Positions 8,848 to 17,898 are shown, counted from the stretch's first letter. The stretch is 64,000 nt of DNA from Bacillota bacterium (GCA_023442775.1 JAEZXH010000004.1:9511-73510), one strand, 5' to 3'. The notes: generated from the sequence alone by a model not told the origin. Numbers and translations: made by a program.

Positions 8848-9673
8848 AGCAGTGGGGGTGCGTTTTCGCCCCGCGGGAAAAATCTATAGTTTCGATACGA
8901 AGGGCTTCGCCCTCTCCCGTGGGGACCACGTCATCGTGGAGACGATTCGGGGGATGGAGTTGGGCCAAGTGGTGGAGGAGGCCTATGTCCTCGACGAGGC
9001 AGAATTGCGCTCTCCACTGCGTCCAGTTCTCGGCTTTGCCACCGAGGAGGCAAAGGAGCAGGCGGTGAGAAATCGCAAAGACGCCAAGGAGGCGAAGGCC
9101 ATTTGCAAGGAGCGCATCGCCGAGCACGGCCTTCCCATGAAACTCGTCGATGCGGAATACACCTTGGACCGAGCGCGCCTCATCTTCTCCTTTGTCGCCG
9201 ATGGGCGGGTGGACTTTCGCGCCCTCGTCCGAGACCTCGCCCACATCTTTCACACCCGCATCGAACTGCGTCAGATTGGGGTGCGGGACCAGGCCAAACA
9301 CGTGGGGGGCCTCGGGTGTTGCGGCCGGGTCTGTTGTTGCAAGAATCATATGGAGGAGTTCTCTCCCGTGAGCATCCGCATGGCGAAGGACCAGGGCCTC
9401 AGTCTTCATCCGATGAAGATCAACGGGGTCTGCGGTCGTCTCATGTGCTGTTTGCGCTACGAACAGGAGGGCTATGAAGAGAGTCTGAAGCGACTGCCAA
9501 AGCGTGGCACCCGGGTGCGCTGTCCCGAGGGAGAGGGCGTGGTGCTCCAGAACTTTACGATCTCCGCCACGGTGCGCCTGCGCATTGAAGAAGGGGATGA
9601 GACCCGCACCGTCGTCGTCCCGGTGGAAGTGGTGGAGGTCCTCGAGGAAAAGAACCATGAAGCGACTGAGTAA
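8840..9673 (+). CDS. ricT: PSP1-domain protein RicT/YaaT
   Basis: PSP1 domain with the Cys cluster GGLGCCGRVCCC...GVCGRLMCCL. Follows holB as in Bacillus. Confidence 0.88.
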   Translation: MIEAVGVRFRPAGKIYSFDTKGFALSRGDHVIVETIRGMELGQVVEEAYVLDEAELRSPLRPVLGFATEEAKEQAVRNRKDAKEAKAICKERIAEHGLPMKLVDAEYTLDRARLIFSFVADGRVDFRALVRDLAHIFHTRIELRQIGVRDQAKHVGGLGCCGRVCCCKNHMEEFSPVSIRMAKDQGLSLHPMKINGVCGRLMCCLRYEQEGYEESLKRLPKRGTRVRCPEGEGVVLQNFTISATVRLRIEEGDETRTVVVPVEVVEVLEEKNHEATE

Positions 9674-11819
9674 GTGGCGGCTCCACGGGAGCATCGCCGT
9701 CTCCAATCGGATGTTTCTCCTGCGCCGTCGCCTCAAGACCTCCTACGGCCGCACCGACGGGGTGAGTGCCCGGTGGCTGCGTCTTCTGGCGGCTCTTCTC
9801 TCCCTAGGCCTCTTCGCCAATTACGACCTCCACCTCTCGGTGCCCTGGTGGATTCTCACGATCTTGGGCACCGCAATCTTCTATGGGCTCTATACCCTGT
9901 TGGACTGGTGCGTGCGAAAGGCCCTTGGCCTCCTTCACACCTTTTCCCTCTCTCTGGCGATTTCTCTCGTCCTCCTCTTCGTCCTCGGCCTCGAGTGGAT
10001 GGAGGACGGCTTCGCCCCCGGGGAGAGTCCGACGTGGATGGGGGTGCTCTTCCTCCTCCTTCTCATTTCCGCCCAGTGGATGCTCTCCAAGGGCTATGCC
10101 GCCGTTTTCGTCAACCATAAGAAAAACGGCCGCGCCATGGGCCTTTTCCTCTTTGGCCTTTTCTCCACCGTAGGGCTTCTCCTCCTCTTTCTCGGAGAGG
10201 GGTTTGCCCATGAGAAAAAGGAAGACCTCCTCGCCATGCTCCCGAAGGTGGAGAGCAGTTGGGAGGAGGGGAGTTTTCCCGTGGAGGTCGTGGACTACGG
10301 CCCAGAGACCACCCGCCCGACGAAGACGGTGAACCTCCTTCCCTATGTGAGTTACAAGGGGTGGAACCGCACTATGCGAGACGCCATCTTGGGCTACGAC
10401 CTCGGTCAGACGCCTCTCGCCGGGCGGGTCTATCTCCCGGTCACCGAGGAGAAGGTCCCGGTTCTCTTCTTCATTCACGGCAACCACATCATGACGGAAG
10501 AGAGTCACTTGGGCTATGAGGAGCTGGGGCGCACCCTCGCCTCCCACGGCATTGCCATGGTGAGTGTGGACGAGCGTATGCTCAACGGCTTTCTCGGCTA
10601 CGGCGTGGGCAACGAAAATGACGCTCGGGCGATTCTTCTCCTCGAAAACGTCAAGGCCCTCCTCACGGAAGAGGGGATTGGGGATCGGTTTGACCAGTCC
10701 CACATGGCCTTTGGGGGCCATAGTCGCGGGGGAGAGGCGGCGGCGGTGGCCTGCGCCTTCCAACACCTACAGCGCCTTCCCGAAGATGGGAATCGTCGCC
10801 TCGATCTCGATTTTGAAGTCAAGACGGTCCTCGCCGTGGCACCGACCTCGGGACAATACCTTCCCGGGGGGCATGCCCTCGCCCTCCAAGACGTAGATTA
10901 TCTCGTCCTCCACGGCTCCCACGACGCCGACGTCAACGTCTTTCAGGGCCTCGAGGAGTACGACCGTGTGAATTTTTCCGGGAAGGAACATCACTTCAAG
11001 TCCGCCCTCTACATCGGCTACGCCAACCACGGCCAGTTTAACGCCCGCTGGGGTCGCTATGACAAGGTGAGTCCCTATCGGTGGTTCTTACAGACGAGAG
11101 ACCTCCTCTTGGGAGAGGACCAGCGCCAGATCTTGAGCCGCGCCGCGGTGAAATTCTTAAAGGCCTCCTTTGAGGGAGAGGACTTTTCCCAGTTCCTCGC
11201 CCATCCAGCCCAAGAACTCGGGGTGAAGACGGTGTGCGGCGCCCTCTACGAGGAGTCGGGTGAGAGGAGAATCGCCGACTTTGAGGAGGATGCCGACCTC
11301 CTCACGACGAGTCTTGCCACGGTAAAGACCAAGGGCCTCTCCACCTGGAGAGAGGGGCGCATCGCCTATCCCATTGGCTCCCGTTCCCGGGACAATCACG
11401 CCGTGGAAGTGGGCTGGAATGCCGAAGGGGCCTACACCCTCGCCTTGAAAGAGCCCATGGACCTTCGCGGCGGCCTCAGTTTTGCCTATGGGAACCTCTC
11501 TGACGAAAAGGTGGATTTTTCCATCAAGGTCACCGACGCCCGCGGACAATCTACCCAGGTGAGCCTCTCGAAGTTCGACCTCGGACTCCCCCGCCTCTCC
11601 GTGGCCATGACGAAACTTCAGGCCCTCACCGAAGATTTCGAGATGCAAGAGCTGGCGAAGACGGTGCGCATCCCCTCCGCGATGCTCTCCGGTGTCGATA
11701 CAAAACACGTCAAGGAGATAACTTTCCTGTTTAACCGCTCGAAAAATGGGTATGTATGGATTGATGAGGTGGGCAGTCTCCCACCGCCAACGACAACACG
11801 TGCAATCAAGGAGGTATGA
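9657..11819 (+). CDS. membrane-anchored alpha/beta hydrolase (chlorophyllase/PAF-AH-like) with extra C-terminal domain
   Basis: Start moved to MKRLSKW (ATG 9657), overlapping the ricT end. About 5 N-terminal TM helices. VLFFIHGNH, nucleophile elbow GGHSRGG and HGSHDADV. The C-terminal 250 aa are unassigned. Confidence 0.75.
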   Translation: MKRLSKWRLHGSIAVSNRMFLLRRRLKTSYGRTDGVSARWLRLLAALLSLGLFANYDLHLSVPWWILTILGTAIFYGLYTLLDWCVRKALGLLHTFSLSLAISLVLLFVLGLEWMEDGFAPGESPTWMGVLFLLLLISAQWMLSKGYAAVFVNHKKNGRAMGLFLFGLFSTVGLLLLFLGEGFAHEKKEDLLAMLPKVESSWEEGSFPVEVVDYGPETTRPTKTVNLLPYVSYKGWNRTMRDAILGYDLGQTPLAGRVYLPVTEEKVPVLFFIHGNHIMTEESHLGYEELGRTLASHGIAMVSVDERMLNGFLGYGVGNENDARAILLLENVKALLTEEGIGDRFDQSHMAFGGHSRGGEAAAVACAFQHLQRLPEDGNRRLDLDFEVKTVLAVAPTSGQYLPGGHALALQDVDYLVLHGSHDADVNVFQGLEEYDRVNFSGKEHHFKSALYIGYANHGQFNARWGRYDKVSPYRWFLQTRDLLLGEDQRQILSRAAVKFLKASFEGEDFSQFLAHPAQELGVKTVCGALYEESGERRIADFEEDADLLTTSLATVKTKGLSTWREGRIAYPIGSRSRDNHAVEVGWNAEGAYTLALKEPMDLRGGLSFAYGNLSDEKVDFSIKVTDARGQSTQVSLSKFDLGLPRLSVAMTKLQALTEDFEMQELAKTVRIPSAMLSGVDTKHVKEITFLFNRSKNGYVWIDEVGSLPPPTTTRAIKEV

Positions 11820-11823
11820 ACCA

Positions 11824-12300
11824 ATGAACCTGATGGAAAAAGTGAACAAGCAATTTAATTTTGAACTCTCTTCCGCCTACACCTACATGGCCATGAGCAA
11901 CTACTGCAAGTCCCGTGGGATGGACGGCTTTGCCCACTTCATGTTCGAGCAAGCCAAGGAAGAATTCGGCCACGCCCGCAAGTTCTACAACTTCCTCTAT
12001 GAAATGGACTTCACTCCCGAATACGAAGCCATGGAAAAGCCCGAAGCGAGCTACGAAACCTTCACCGACATGTTCAAGGACGCCCTCGCTCACGAGAAGG
12101 AAGTCACCCGTCGTATCAAGGAAATCTACAAGGATGCCATTGAAGCTGGTTGCGTGGACACCCAACAATTCCTCGATTGGTTCATCGCTGAACAACGTGA
12201 AGAAGAGGAAACCTTCCGCGGAATCGTCGAGCGCATGGAGCGCATCAACGAATCCTGGAACGGCCTCTACATCTACGACGCCGCTCTCGGCCAACGGTAA
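11824..12300 (+). CDS. ftn: non-heme ferritin
   Basis: Ferroxidase-centre ligands in context (ELSSAYTYMAM, EEFGHARKF, EKEV, AEQREEE). RBS AAGGAGG. Confidence 0.9.
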   Translation: MNLMEKVNKQFNFELSSAYTYMAMSNYCKSRGMDGFAHFMFEQAKEEFGHARKFYNFLYEMDFTPEYEAMEKPEASYETFTDMFKDALAHEKEVTRRIKEIYKDAIEAGCVDTQQFLDWFIAEQREEEETFRGIVERMERINESWNGLYIYDAALGQR

Positions 12301-12304
12301 ACAC

Positions 12305-12333
12305 AAAAAAGCACCCCTTGGGGTGCTTTTTTT
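12305..12333. terminator. bidirectional intrinsic terminator
   Basis: AAAAAA-GCACCCC-ttg-GGGGTGC-TTTTTTT. Confidence 0.85.
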
Positions 12334-12339
12334 GTGGAA

Positions 12340-12447
12340 TCAATAGCCCAAGAGGGCGCGGAGATATGGGGCGGTGAGAAGGCCGATGACAAGACCGGCG
12401 ACGAAGATCAAGATCTTTCCCCAAAGGGGCATGGGACGAGTTTCCAT
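12340..12447 (-). CDS. 35-aa single-TM peptide, unknown function
   Basis: METRPMPLWGKILIFVAGLVIGLLTAPYLRALLGY. GGAAAGGAG RBS 5 nt upstream of the ATG. A terminator follows directly downstream. Confidence 0.45.
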   Translation of the reverse strand: METRPMPLWGKILIFVAGLVIGLLTAPYLRALLGY

Positions 12448-12581
12448 GACGTTCTCCTTTCCGGGAGGTTTGAGGGGCTTTCTAGGCAAGGCGTTTATTT
12501 TCTTAGAGATAGCGTACCACAAAAAAACAATTTGCAACCCAAATTAGGAAGTTATATTTTTCACGATGGTAGTATTTCATT

Positions 12582-12612
12582 AAAAAAATGCCCAAGGCTC
12601 AAGACCTTGGGC
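12582..12612 (-). terminator. intrinsic terminator of bio operon
   Basis: On the minus strand: GCCCAAGG-tcttgag-CCTTGGGC-ATTTTTTT. The bioA stop codon lies in the loop. Confidence 0.75.
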
Positions 12613-13900
12613 GAGTAAAGAAATCTTTCATCGTAGTGAGGACAGTGGTAAGTTCCTCGTCGGAGATGATGTAGGGGACCATGGCGTAGGCAATGTTTAA
12701 GAAGGGGCGGGCGAAGACGCCACGGGAGATGGCAAATTCCTGATAGCCTTCGAGGAGTCCTCGATCCTCGACTTCTACGGCGATGCAGCCTCCCATGATG
12801 CGTACCTCCTTGACCCCGGGGGCGGAGAAGCCCTCCATGATCTCTCGCGCCTTTTCCTCGATGTGGGCGACACGGGCGGGGATGTCCAGCTCTTCAAAGA
12901 GGTCGATCCCCGCAAGGGCGACGGCACAGGCCATGGGATTTCCCATAAAGGTGGGGCCGTGCATGAGGGCGAAGTCTGGGTCGTCGTCATAGAAGGCATC
13001 GAAGACGTGGTCCCTGGCGATGGTGGCGGCGTGGCCCATGGTCCCTCCCGTGAGAGCCTTTCCGAGACAGAGAATGTCCGGGAGCACCACATCGGCGACG
13101 AAGCGGTGACCCGTGCGGCCAAAGCCCGTGGCCACTTCGTCGAAGATGAGAAGGACCCCGTATTCGTCGCAGAGTTCCCGGGCCCGCTCGAGGAAGGAAA
13201 TGTCGTACATGCGCATCCCTCCCGCTCCTTGGAGCAGGGGTTCTACAATCATGGCGTAGAGGCGGTGGCCATAGGCGGCGAAGGCCTCCTCCAAGGCGTC
13301 GATGGTTGTGGGAATGTGGTGGACGTAAGGGCTCTTCCCATAGGCGGAGAGGATGAAGTGGTAGTCTTCGTCATCGCCAATCTCCATGGTCTTGAAGGTG
13401 TCGCCGTGGTAGGAGTGGGTGAGGGAGAGGACCTCGAGGCGCGGCGTGGGAAGGTCAAATCCGTTTTCGTGGTGGGCTCCTTCGAGACGCATTTGGTCGG
13501 TGAGCAGAGGCTCTTCACCCTTGCCCTCGCGCTCTCGCCTCTTGTTTTGGTTGATGGAATATTGGAGGGCCATCTTCAACGCCACCTCCACGGCGACGGA
13601 GCCGGAGTCGGAGAAGAAGACGTGGTTTAGATCTCCTGGGAGCCATTCCTCCAGCCGCTTTGCCAATTTCTCCGCGGGTGTATGGGAGAGGCCGCCGAGC
13701 ATGACGTGGGGGAGAATGGAGAGTTGGCGCTCCATCGCCTCCCGAAGGGCGGGGTGGTTGTAGCCATAGATGGTGCTCCACCAGGAGGAGACGGAATCGA
13801 TGAGGGGACCCCGCTCCGTCTCGAGGATGCAGTCGTGGGCAAAGGAGACGGGAATCGGCAAAGCCATGGTCTTCATCTGGGCGTAGGGATACCAGAGCAT
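12599..13900 (-). CDS. bioA: adenosylmethionine-8-amino-7-oxononanoate aminotransferase
   Basis: Class-III aminotransferase: WWSTIYGYNHP, SDSGSVAVEVALKMA, YHGDT, FDEVATGFGRTG. Lies in the bio cluster. Confidence 0.9.
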   Translation of the reverse strand: MLWYPYAQMKTMALPIPVSFAHDCILETERGPLIDSVSSWWSTIYGYNHPALREAMERQLSILPHVMLGGLSHTPAEKLAKRLEEWLPGDLNHVFFSDSGSVAVEVALKMALQYSINQNKRREREGKGEEPLLTDQMRLEGAHHENGFDLPTPRLEVLSLTHSYHGDTFKTMEIGDDEDYHFILSAYGKSPYVHHIPTTIDALEEAFAAYGHRLYAMIVEPLLQGAGGMRMYDISFLERARELCDEYGVLLIFDEVATGFGRTGHRFVADVVLPDILCLGKALTGGTMGHAATIARDHVFDAFYDDDPDFALMHGPTFMGNPMACAVALAGIDLFEELDIPARVAHIEEKAREIMEGFSAPGVKEVRIMGGCIAVEVEDRGLLEGYQEFAISRGVFARPFLNIAYAMVPYIISDEELTTVLTTMKDFFTRPRS

Positions 13901-14589
13901 CAGGAGTTCCTTTCTGTGAGTCGGGCGAGGGCCTCTTCTGAGAGGTGAAGGTCCATCGCTCCCCGTGCGATGGTGGCGAGGACTGGGACGTCGGTCATCT
14001 CCTCAATCATCTCGAGATTATCTCGGTGAAGGGGGCTCTCTTCATTGAAGTTATTGAGGAGAATCCCAAGGGGAGAAAAACCCTCGTGCTCAAGATAATA
14101 GAGGGTCAGTCCCAAGGCGTTTAGGGTGCCAAGACCTGCATCGGCGACGATGAGGACATCGCGGCCCACGAGGCGCGCCACGTCGACGAGGTCTAAGTGG
14201 TGCTTCCCTCGGGCGAGGGGACAAAGAATCCCGCCGCTCCCTTCCACGAGGAGCATCTCATGGGCGCGATTTGCCTCGACATAGGCTTTTCTCACCACCT
14301 CCGGGTCCACCTCGGGTCCTTCGAGGCGGCCTGCAAGGTGGGGGGAGACGGCGATTTCATAGACGTAGGGACACATGGAGGCGAGGTCCTGGGAGAGACC
14401 CCCCATGGTCTTCACCGTGAGGGCATCCCCGGGGATGAGGGATCCCTTCTCGTCTCTTTCGTTGCCACTCATCGCCGCCTTGAAATAGCCCACGTCGACG
14501 CCGGCGTCTTTCAGGGCCTTGGCGAGGAGTCCCGTGACGTAGGTCTTTCCCACTTCCGTTCCCGTGCCGGTGACAAAGAGATTACGCAT
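13900..14589 (-). CDS. bioD: dethiobiotin synthetase
   Basis: N-terminal P-loop VTGTGTEVGKT, about 229 aa, located between bioB and bioA. Confidence 0.9.
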   Translation of the reverse strand: MRNLFVTGTGTEVGKTYVTGLLAKALKDAGVDVGYFKAAMSGNERDEKGSLIPGDALTVKTMGGLSQDLASMCPYVYEIAVSPHLAGRLEGPEVDPEVVRKAYVEANRAHEMLLVEGSGGILCPLARGKHHLDLVDVARLVGRDVLIVADAGLGTLNALGLTLYYLEHEGFSPLGILLNNFNEESPLHRDNLEMIEEMTDVPVLATIARGAMDLHLSEEALARLTERNS

Positions 14590-15562
14590 AATCGTGCCTC
14601 AAGGTGTACCCGAGTTCGTCGAGAAGGGCCCGGTCTTTCGCCACGGTGATGCCCTGGGTGGTGAGCATGTCGCCGGAGATGGCGGCGTTGGCTCCCGAGG
14701 TGAAACAGGCCCGTCCTTTGTCGGGGAGGAGGCCACGGCCCCCGGCGAGGCGCACGGAGACGTCGGGGAGGAGGAAGCGGTAGATGGCCACCATCCGCTG
14801 GACCTCCTCGGGGGAGAGGGGAGTCACGTCTCCCAAGGGGGTGCCGGGAATGGGGTTTAAGACGTTGACGGGAACGCTCTTGATGTGTAAGTCTCGCAGG
14901 GTGAGGGCCATGTCGATGCGATCCTCCACGGTTTCGCCGAGGCCGAAGATGCCACCGCTACAGACCCCGAGACCTGCCGCTTTGGCGTTTGCAATGGCTT
15001 GAAGCTTGTCGGCGAAGGTGTGGGTGGAACAGATGGAGGGGAAGAAGCGCTCCGAGGTCTCGAGGTTGTTGTGAATCCGAGAGACCCCCGCTTCTTTTAA
15101 GAGGCGAAACTCCTCTTCTTCGAGGAGGCCAAAGGAGACGCAGACGTCGATGTCCACTTCTTCTCGGATGCGGCGCACCGCACGAGCCATGGTCTTGACC
15201 TCTTCCGGGGCGAGGCGACGTCCCGAGGTGACGATGGAGTAGCGAAGCACTCCTTGGCGGGCATTTTCCTTGGCCCCTTCGACGATGGTCTCCTCGTCGA
15301 GGAGGGGATATTCGTCGACGTTGGTGTGATGGTGCCCCGACTGGGCGCAGAACCGGCAGTTCTCCGAGCACCGGCCACTCTTGCCGTTGATGATGGTACA
15401 CATGTCAAATCCATCGGCGCAGAAGTGGCGGCGAATGGCATCGGCAGAGGAGGCGAGGGCTTCGAGGGGGGCATCAAAGAGATCGAGGGCCTCTTCTTTG
15501 GTCACGTCATGGCCGTCGAGGACACGGTCCCTTAAGGCGTAGACTTCTTGAGCGTTCATCAC
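14582..15562 (-). CDS. bioB: biotin synthase (radical SAM)
   Basis: CSENCRFCAQ radical-SAM cluster motif, with length and context matching BioB. Confidence 0.93.
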   Translation of the reverse strand: MMNAQEVYALRDRVLDGHDVTKEEALDLFDAPLEALASSADAIRRHFCADGFDMCTIINGKSGRCSENCRFCAQSGHHHTNVDEYPLLDEETIVEGAKENARQGVLRYSIVTSGRRLAPEEVKTMARAVRRIREEVDIDVCVSFGLLEEEEFRLLKEAGVSRIHNNLETSERFFPSICSTHTFADKLQAIANAKAAGLGVCSGGIFGLGETVEDRIDMALTLRDLHIKSVPVNVLNPIPGTPLGDVTPLSPEEVQRMVAIYRFLLPDVSVRLAGGRGLLPDKGRACFTSGANAAISGDMLTTQGITVAKDRALLDELGYTLRHDYA

Positions 15563-15580
15563 AAAACCTTCTTTCTTGGA

Positions 15581-16120
15581 TTAGAGTCGTTTGAGAGCAG
15601 GGCGGAGGCGACGGCAGAGAAGTGCCGCCACGAGAGAGAGGGCTACGTCTCCAGGCAGGGGGAGGAGGAAGCCATGGAGGAGAAGGGGGACGATGCCGAT
15701 GGGCTGCTTTAAGTACATGGAGCGAATGAGAAACAGGTGGACGCATCCCATGACGTAGACGATGAGAAGCCCAACGATGGCGGCGAGGAAGAGTTCTCCA
15801 ATGCCGCGTTTTCTCTCGGCGAGAAGTCCCGTGGCGAAGGAACCGAAGATGAACCCGGCGAGGTACCCGAAGGTGGGTTGGAATATGTAGGCCGGTCCGC
15901 CGCCTTGGGTGAAGATGGGAATGCCGATGAGTCCCAAGAGGACGTAGAGCCCAGAGGCGAGGGCACCTTTCTTGGCACCGAGGAGCATCCCGGCGAGGGT
16001 GGTGAAGAAAAATTGCAGAGTAAAGGGAACGTAGGGGACGGGGACGCGGATAAAGGCCCCGACGGCAATGAGGGCGACGAAGAGGCCCACGAGAGCGAGG
16101 TCGCGATTTTGTTGACGCAT
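15581..16120 (-). CDS. bioY: biotin transporter S component
   Basis: Hydrophobic protein with the BioY-like VPFTLQ and GGPTxGY-type segment (GGGPAYIFQPTFGYLAGF). Start moved to ATG 16120 after GGAAAGGAG. Confidence 0.88.
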   Translation of the reverse strand: MRQQNRDLALVGLFVALIAVGAFIRVPVPYVPFTLQFFFTTLAGMLLGAKKGALASGLYVLLGLIGIPIFTQGGGPAYIFQPTFGYLAGFIFGSFATGLLAERKRGIGELFLAAIVGLLIVYVMGCVHLFLIRSMYLKQPIGIVPLLLHGFLLPLPGDVALSLVAALLCRRLRPALKRL

Positions 16121-16175
16121 GGCGCGCTCCTTTCCATGTGGTGATGGGAAAAGCATACCACGAGAAAAAGAAGAC

Positions 16176-16204
16176 TGTCAACCTAGAATGACGAACGGTT
16201 AACG
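16176..16204 (-). promoter_or_regulatory. BirA operator (bioO) overlapping the bioY promoter -35
   Basis: Imperfect inverted repeat TGTCAACC-N13-GGTTAACG, resembling the Firmicute BirA box TGTTAACC/GGTTAACA. On the minus strand it overlaps TTGACA-N17/18-TATGCT. Confidence 0.6.
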
Positions 16205-16211
16205 TAACGAA

Positions 16212-16238
16212 CAAAAAAAGAACTGCGGCTTACCGCAG
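16212..16238 (-). terminator. intrinsic terminator after chorismate mutase gene
   Basis: On the minus strand: CTGCGG-taag-CCGCAG-TTCTTTTTTT. The TAA stop codon is in the loop. Confidence 0.7.
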
Positions 16239-16493
16239 CTCCTCCTGATAGGCGCGAGAGAGGCCCATCAAGGTCTTCAACAGTTCTTCGGCATAGGGGG
16301 CGAGGTCGTCGCCTGCGAGGGTCCGCGCGCGACGAAGGACCTCTTCTTCTCGTCCAGGCTGAAGGGTGGGGAGGTCTTCTTCTTTCTTGATGCGCGAGAT
16401 TTCCTTCGCAAGGGCCATCCGCTTCACAAAGGCGGAGAGGATGACCTCATCGAGGGCGTCGATCTCTTGGCGCAGGGGGGCAAGGCGAGTCAT
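16230..16493 (-). CDS. chorismate mutase, AroQ class (monofunctional)
   Basis: 87 aa. LRQEIDALDEVILSAFVKRMALAKEISRIKK is typical of CM type 2. Confidence 0.85.
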   Translation of the reverse strand: MTRLAPLRQEIDALDEVILSAFVKRMALAKEISRIKKEEDLPTLQPGREEEVLRRARTLAGDDLAPYAEELLKTLMGLSRAYQEELR

Positions 16494-16509
16494 GGTGGTT
16501 CCTTTCTAT

Positions 16510-17898
16510 CTACAAGATGACGGTGAGAAGGAGAGCGATGAAGACACTTCCAAGGCCGAGAATCAACCCGCGGATGGCGATGGAGCCTCCGTTGGTCCAC
16601 TCCGAGGAGATGGCCAGGGCCACACAGGGCATCGCCGGGGGGAAGGCAAAGGCGTAGGAGGAGATGGCACCGACGAAGATGGCCACCAACGAGGCGTCGA
16701 GGGTCTTCATGGAGAGGGCGAGGGGAATGGCCAAGGCGGAGACGACGCTCACGGTGACGATGTTGCTCGAAAGGTTGGTCTGCACCATGGTCCAGAGGAG
16801 GATGAGGAAGAGGACGAGAAGGGCGTGGTGCCCCGTGAGAATCTGGGAGAAGAGGGCGGAGATGGCGTCGGTGAGCCCCACCCCTTTTTGGGTCAGGGCA
16901 CTGCCAAGAGCCAGGGTCCCAAGGGCCATGGAGAGGGCGCTCCAGGGCACTCCCTTGGCGAGGCCTTCGGAGATGGAGAGAAGGGGGCGTCCTTCCACGG
17001 AGAGGATGCAGAGAAGGACCGTGCCGAGAAGGGGCGGAAAGGCACTTCCCCTCGCCTTTAAGAAGGCGGCGAAGGGAAGAGAGGGAAACAGGTCGGGGAC
17101 CACCCAGAGAAGGAGTACGAGGAGGTAGACGAGAAGTCCAAGGACCTCCCGGCGCTCCATGGGGGGCAAGGTCTCAAAGGAGAGGCTCTTCACTTCGTGG
17201 CCCCGACGAAGGGCAGGGAGGAGGAGCACCATCATCAAGAGAATCGTCAGGAGCCCAAGGGGCAGGGCATAGGCGAGGAAGTGGCCGACGCCAATGGTCT
17301 CTCCCGTGGTTTGGGCGTAGAAGTCGAGGGCCATTACCGGGAAGACGTGGGAGAAGGGGGTCATCCCGCTTGAGATTCCCGTGACGAAGACGAGGCCGCA
17401 GAGGAGCGCCGAGGGATAGGCATCCCCCTTTTTGTGGCCCAAGAGGGTGACAATCTCCTCCGCCATGGGGAGAAAGAGGAGGAAGAGAACCGTGGGAGAG
17501 AGGAAGAGGCCGAGGAAAAGCACCGCCGCGAAGAAGGAGACGGCGAGGCCAAGGGACCCCTTCTCGGCGAGGGAGCTCTTCAGAAAGAGAAGGGCAATCC
17601 GGCGAAGGAGGGGAGTCTTCGAGAGGGTGTAGGTACAGAGAAAGGCGAAGAGCAAAAAGGCGAAGGTGGGAGAGCCAAAGGAAGCGGCGAGGACGTCCTT
17701 CGTCGAGAGGGTGGGCACGAGAGAGAGCATGCAAAGGGCGAGGATACTCGGCCAGTCGATGGCGACGAAGAGCCACAGGAGCAGGGTCCCCACAAAGATT
17801 CCCAAGACGGGGTAGAGGCCGGGGGTCTCCTGGGGACTTGGCAGGAGAAAGCCCAAGGCGTAACAAAGAGCACTGAGAAAGAAAAGAAATCGTCTCAT
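16510..17898 (-). CDS. anion permease of the DASS/SLC13 (ArsB/NhaD superfamily) type
   Basis: 462 aa and highly hydrophobic, with a duplicated-repeat architecture typical of the Na+/sulfate-dicarboxylate symporter family. Substrate unknown. Confidence 0.7.
   Translation of the reverse strand: MRRFLFFLSALCYALGFLLPSPQETPGLYPVLGIFVGTLLLWLFVAIDWPSILALCMLSLVPTLSTKDVLAASFGSPTFAFLLFAFLCTYTLSKTPLLRRIALLFLKSSLAEKGSLGLAVSFFAAVLFLGLFLSPTVLFLLFLPMAEEIVTLLGHKKGDAYPSALLCGLVFVTGISSGMTPFSHVFPVMALDFYAQTTGETIGVGHFLAYALPLGLLTILLMMVLLLPALRRGHEVKSLSFETLPPMERREVLGLLVYLLVLLLWVVPDLFPSLPFAAFLKARGSAFPPLLGTVLLCILSVEGRPLLSISEGLAKGVPWSALSMALGTLALGSALTQKGVGLTDAISALFSQILTGHHALLVLFLILLWTMVQTNLSSNIVTVSVVSALAIPLALSMKTLDASLVAIFVGAISSYAFAFPPAMPCVALAISSEWTNGGSIAIRGLILGLGSVFIALLLTVIL

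Noticed and set aside
9504-9656. Upstream extension of the hydrolase ORF (and similar long 5-prime extensions at 2122, 4163, 5631, 31513, 33068, 43867 and 48227)
   Set aside because: The extensions overlap the preceding genes or promoters, are Arg/Pro/Ser-rich, and lack an SD. Internal starts with good SD sequences and family-typical N-termini were chosen instead.
12334-12618. 94-aa plus-strand ORF between ferritin and bioA
   Set aside because: It begins inside the ferritin terminator, runs antisense to the better-supported 35-aa peptide gene, and crosses the bioA terminator. It has no RBS.
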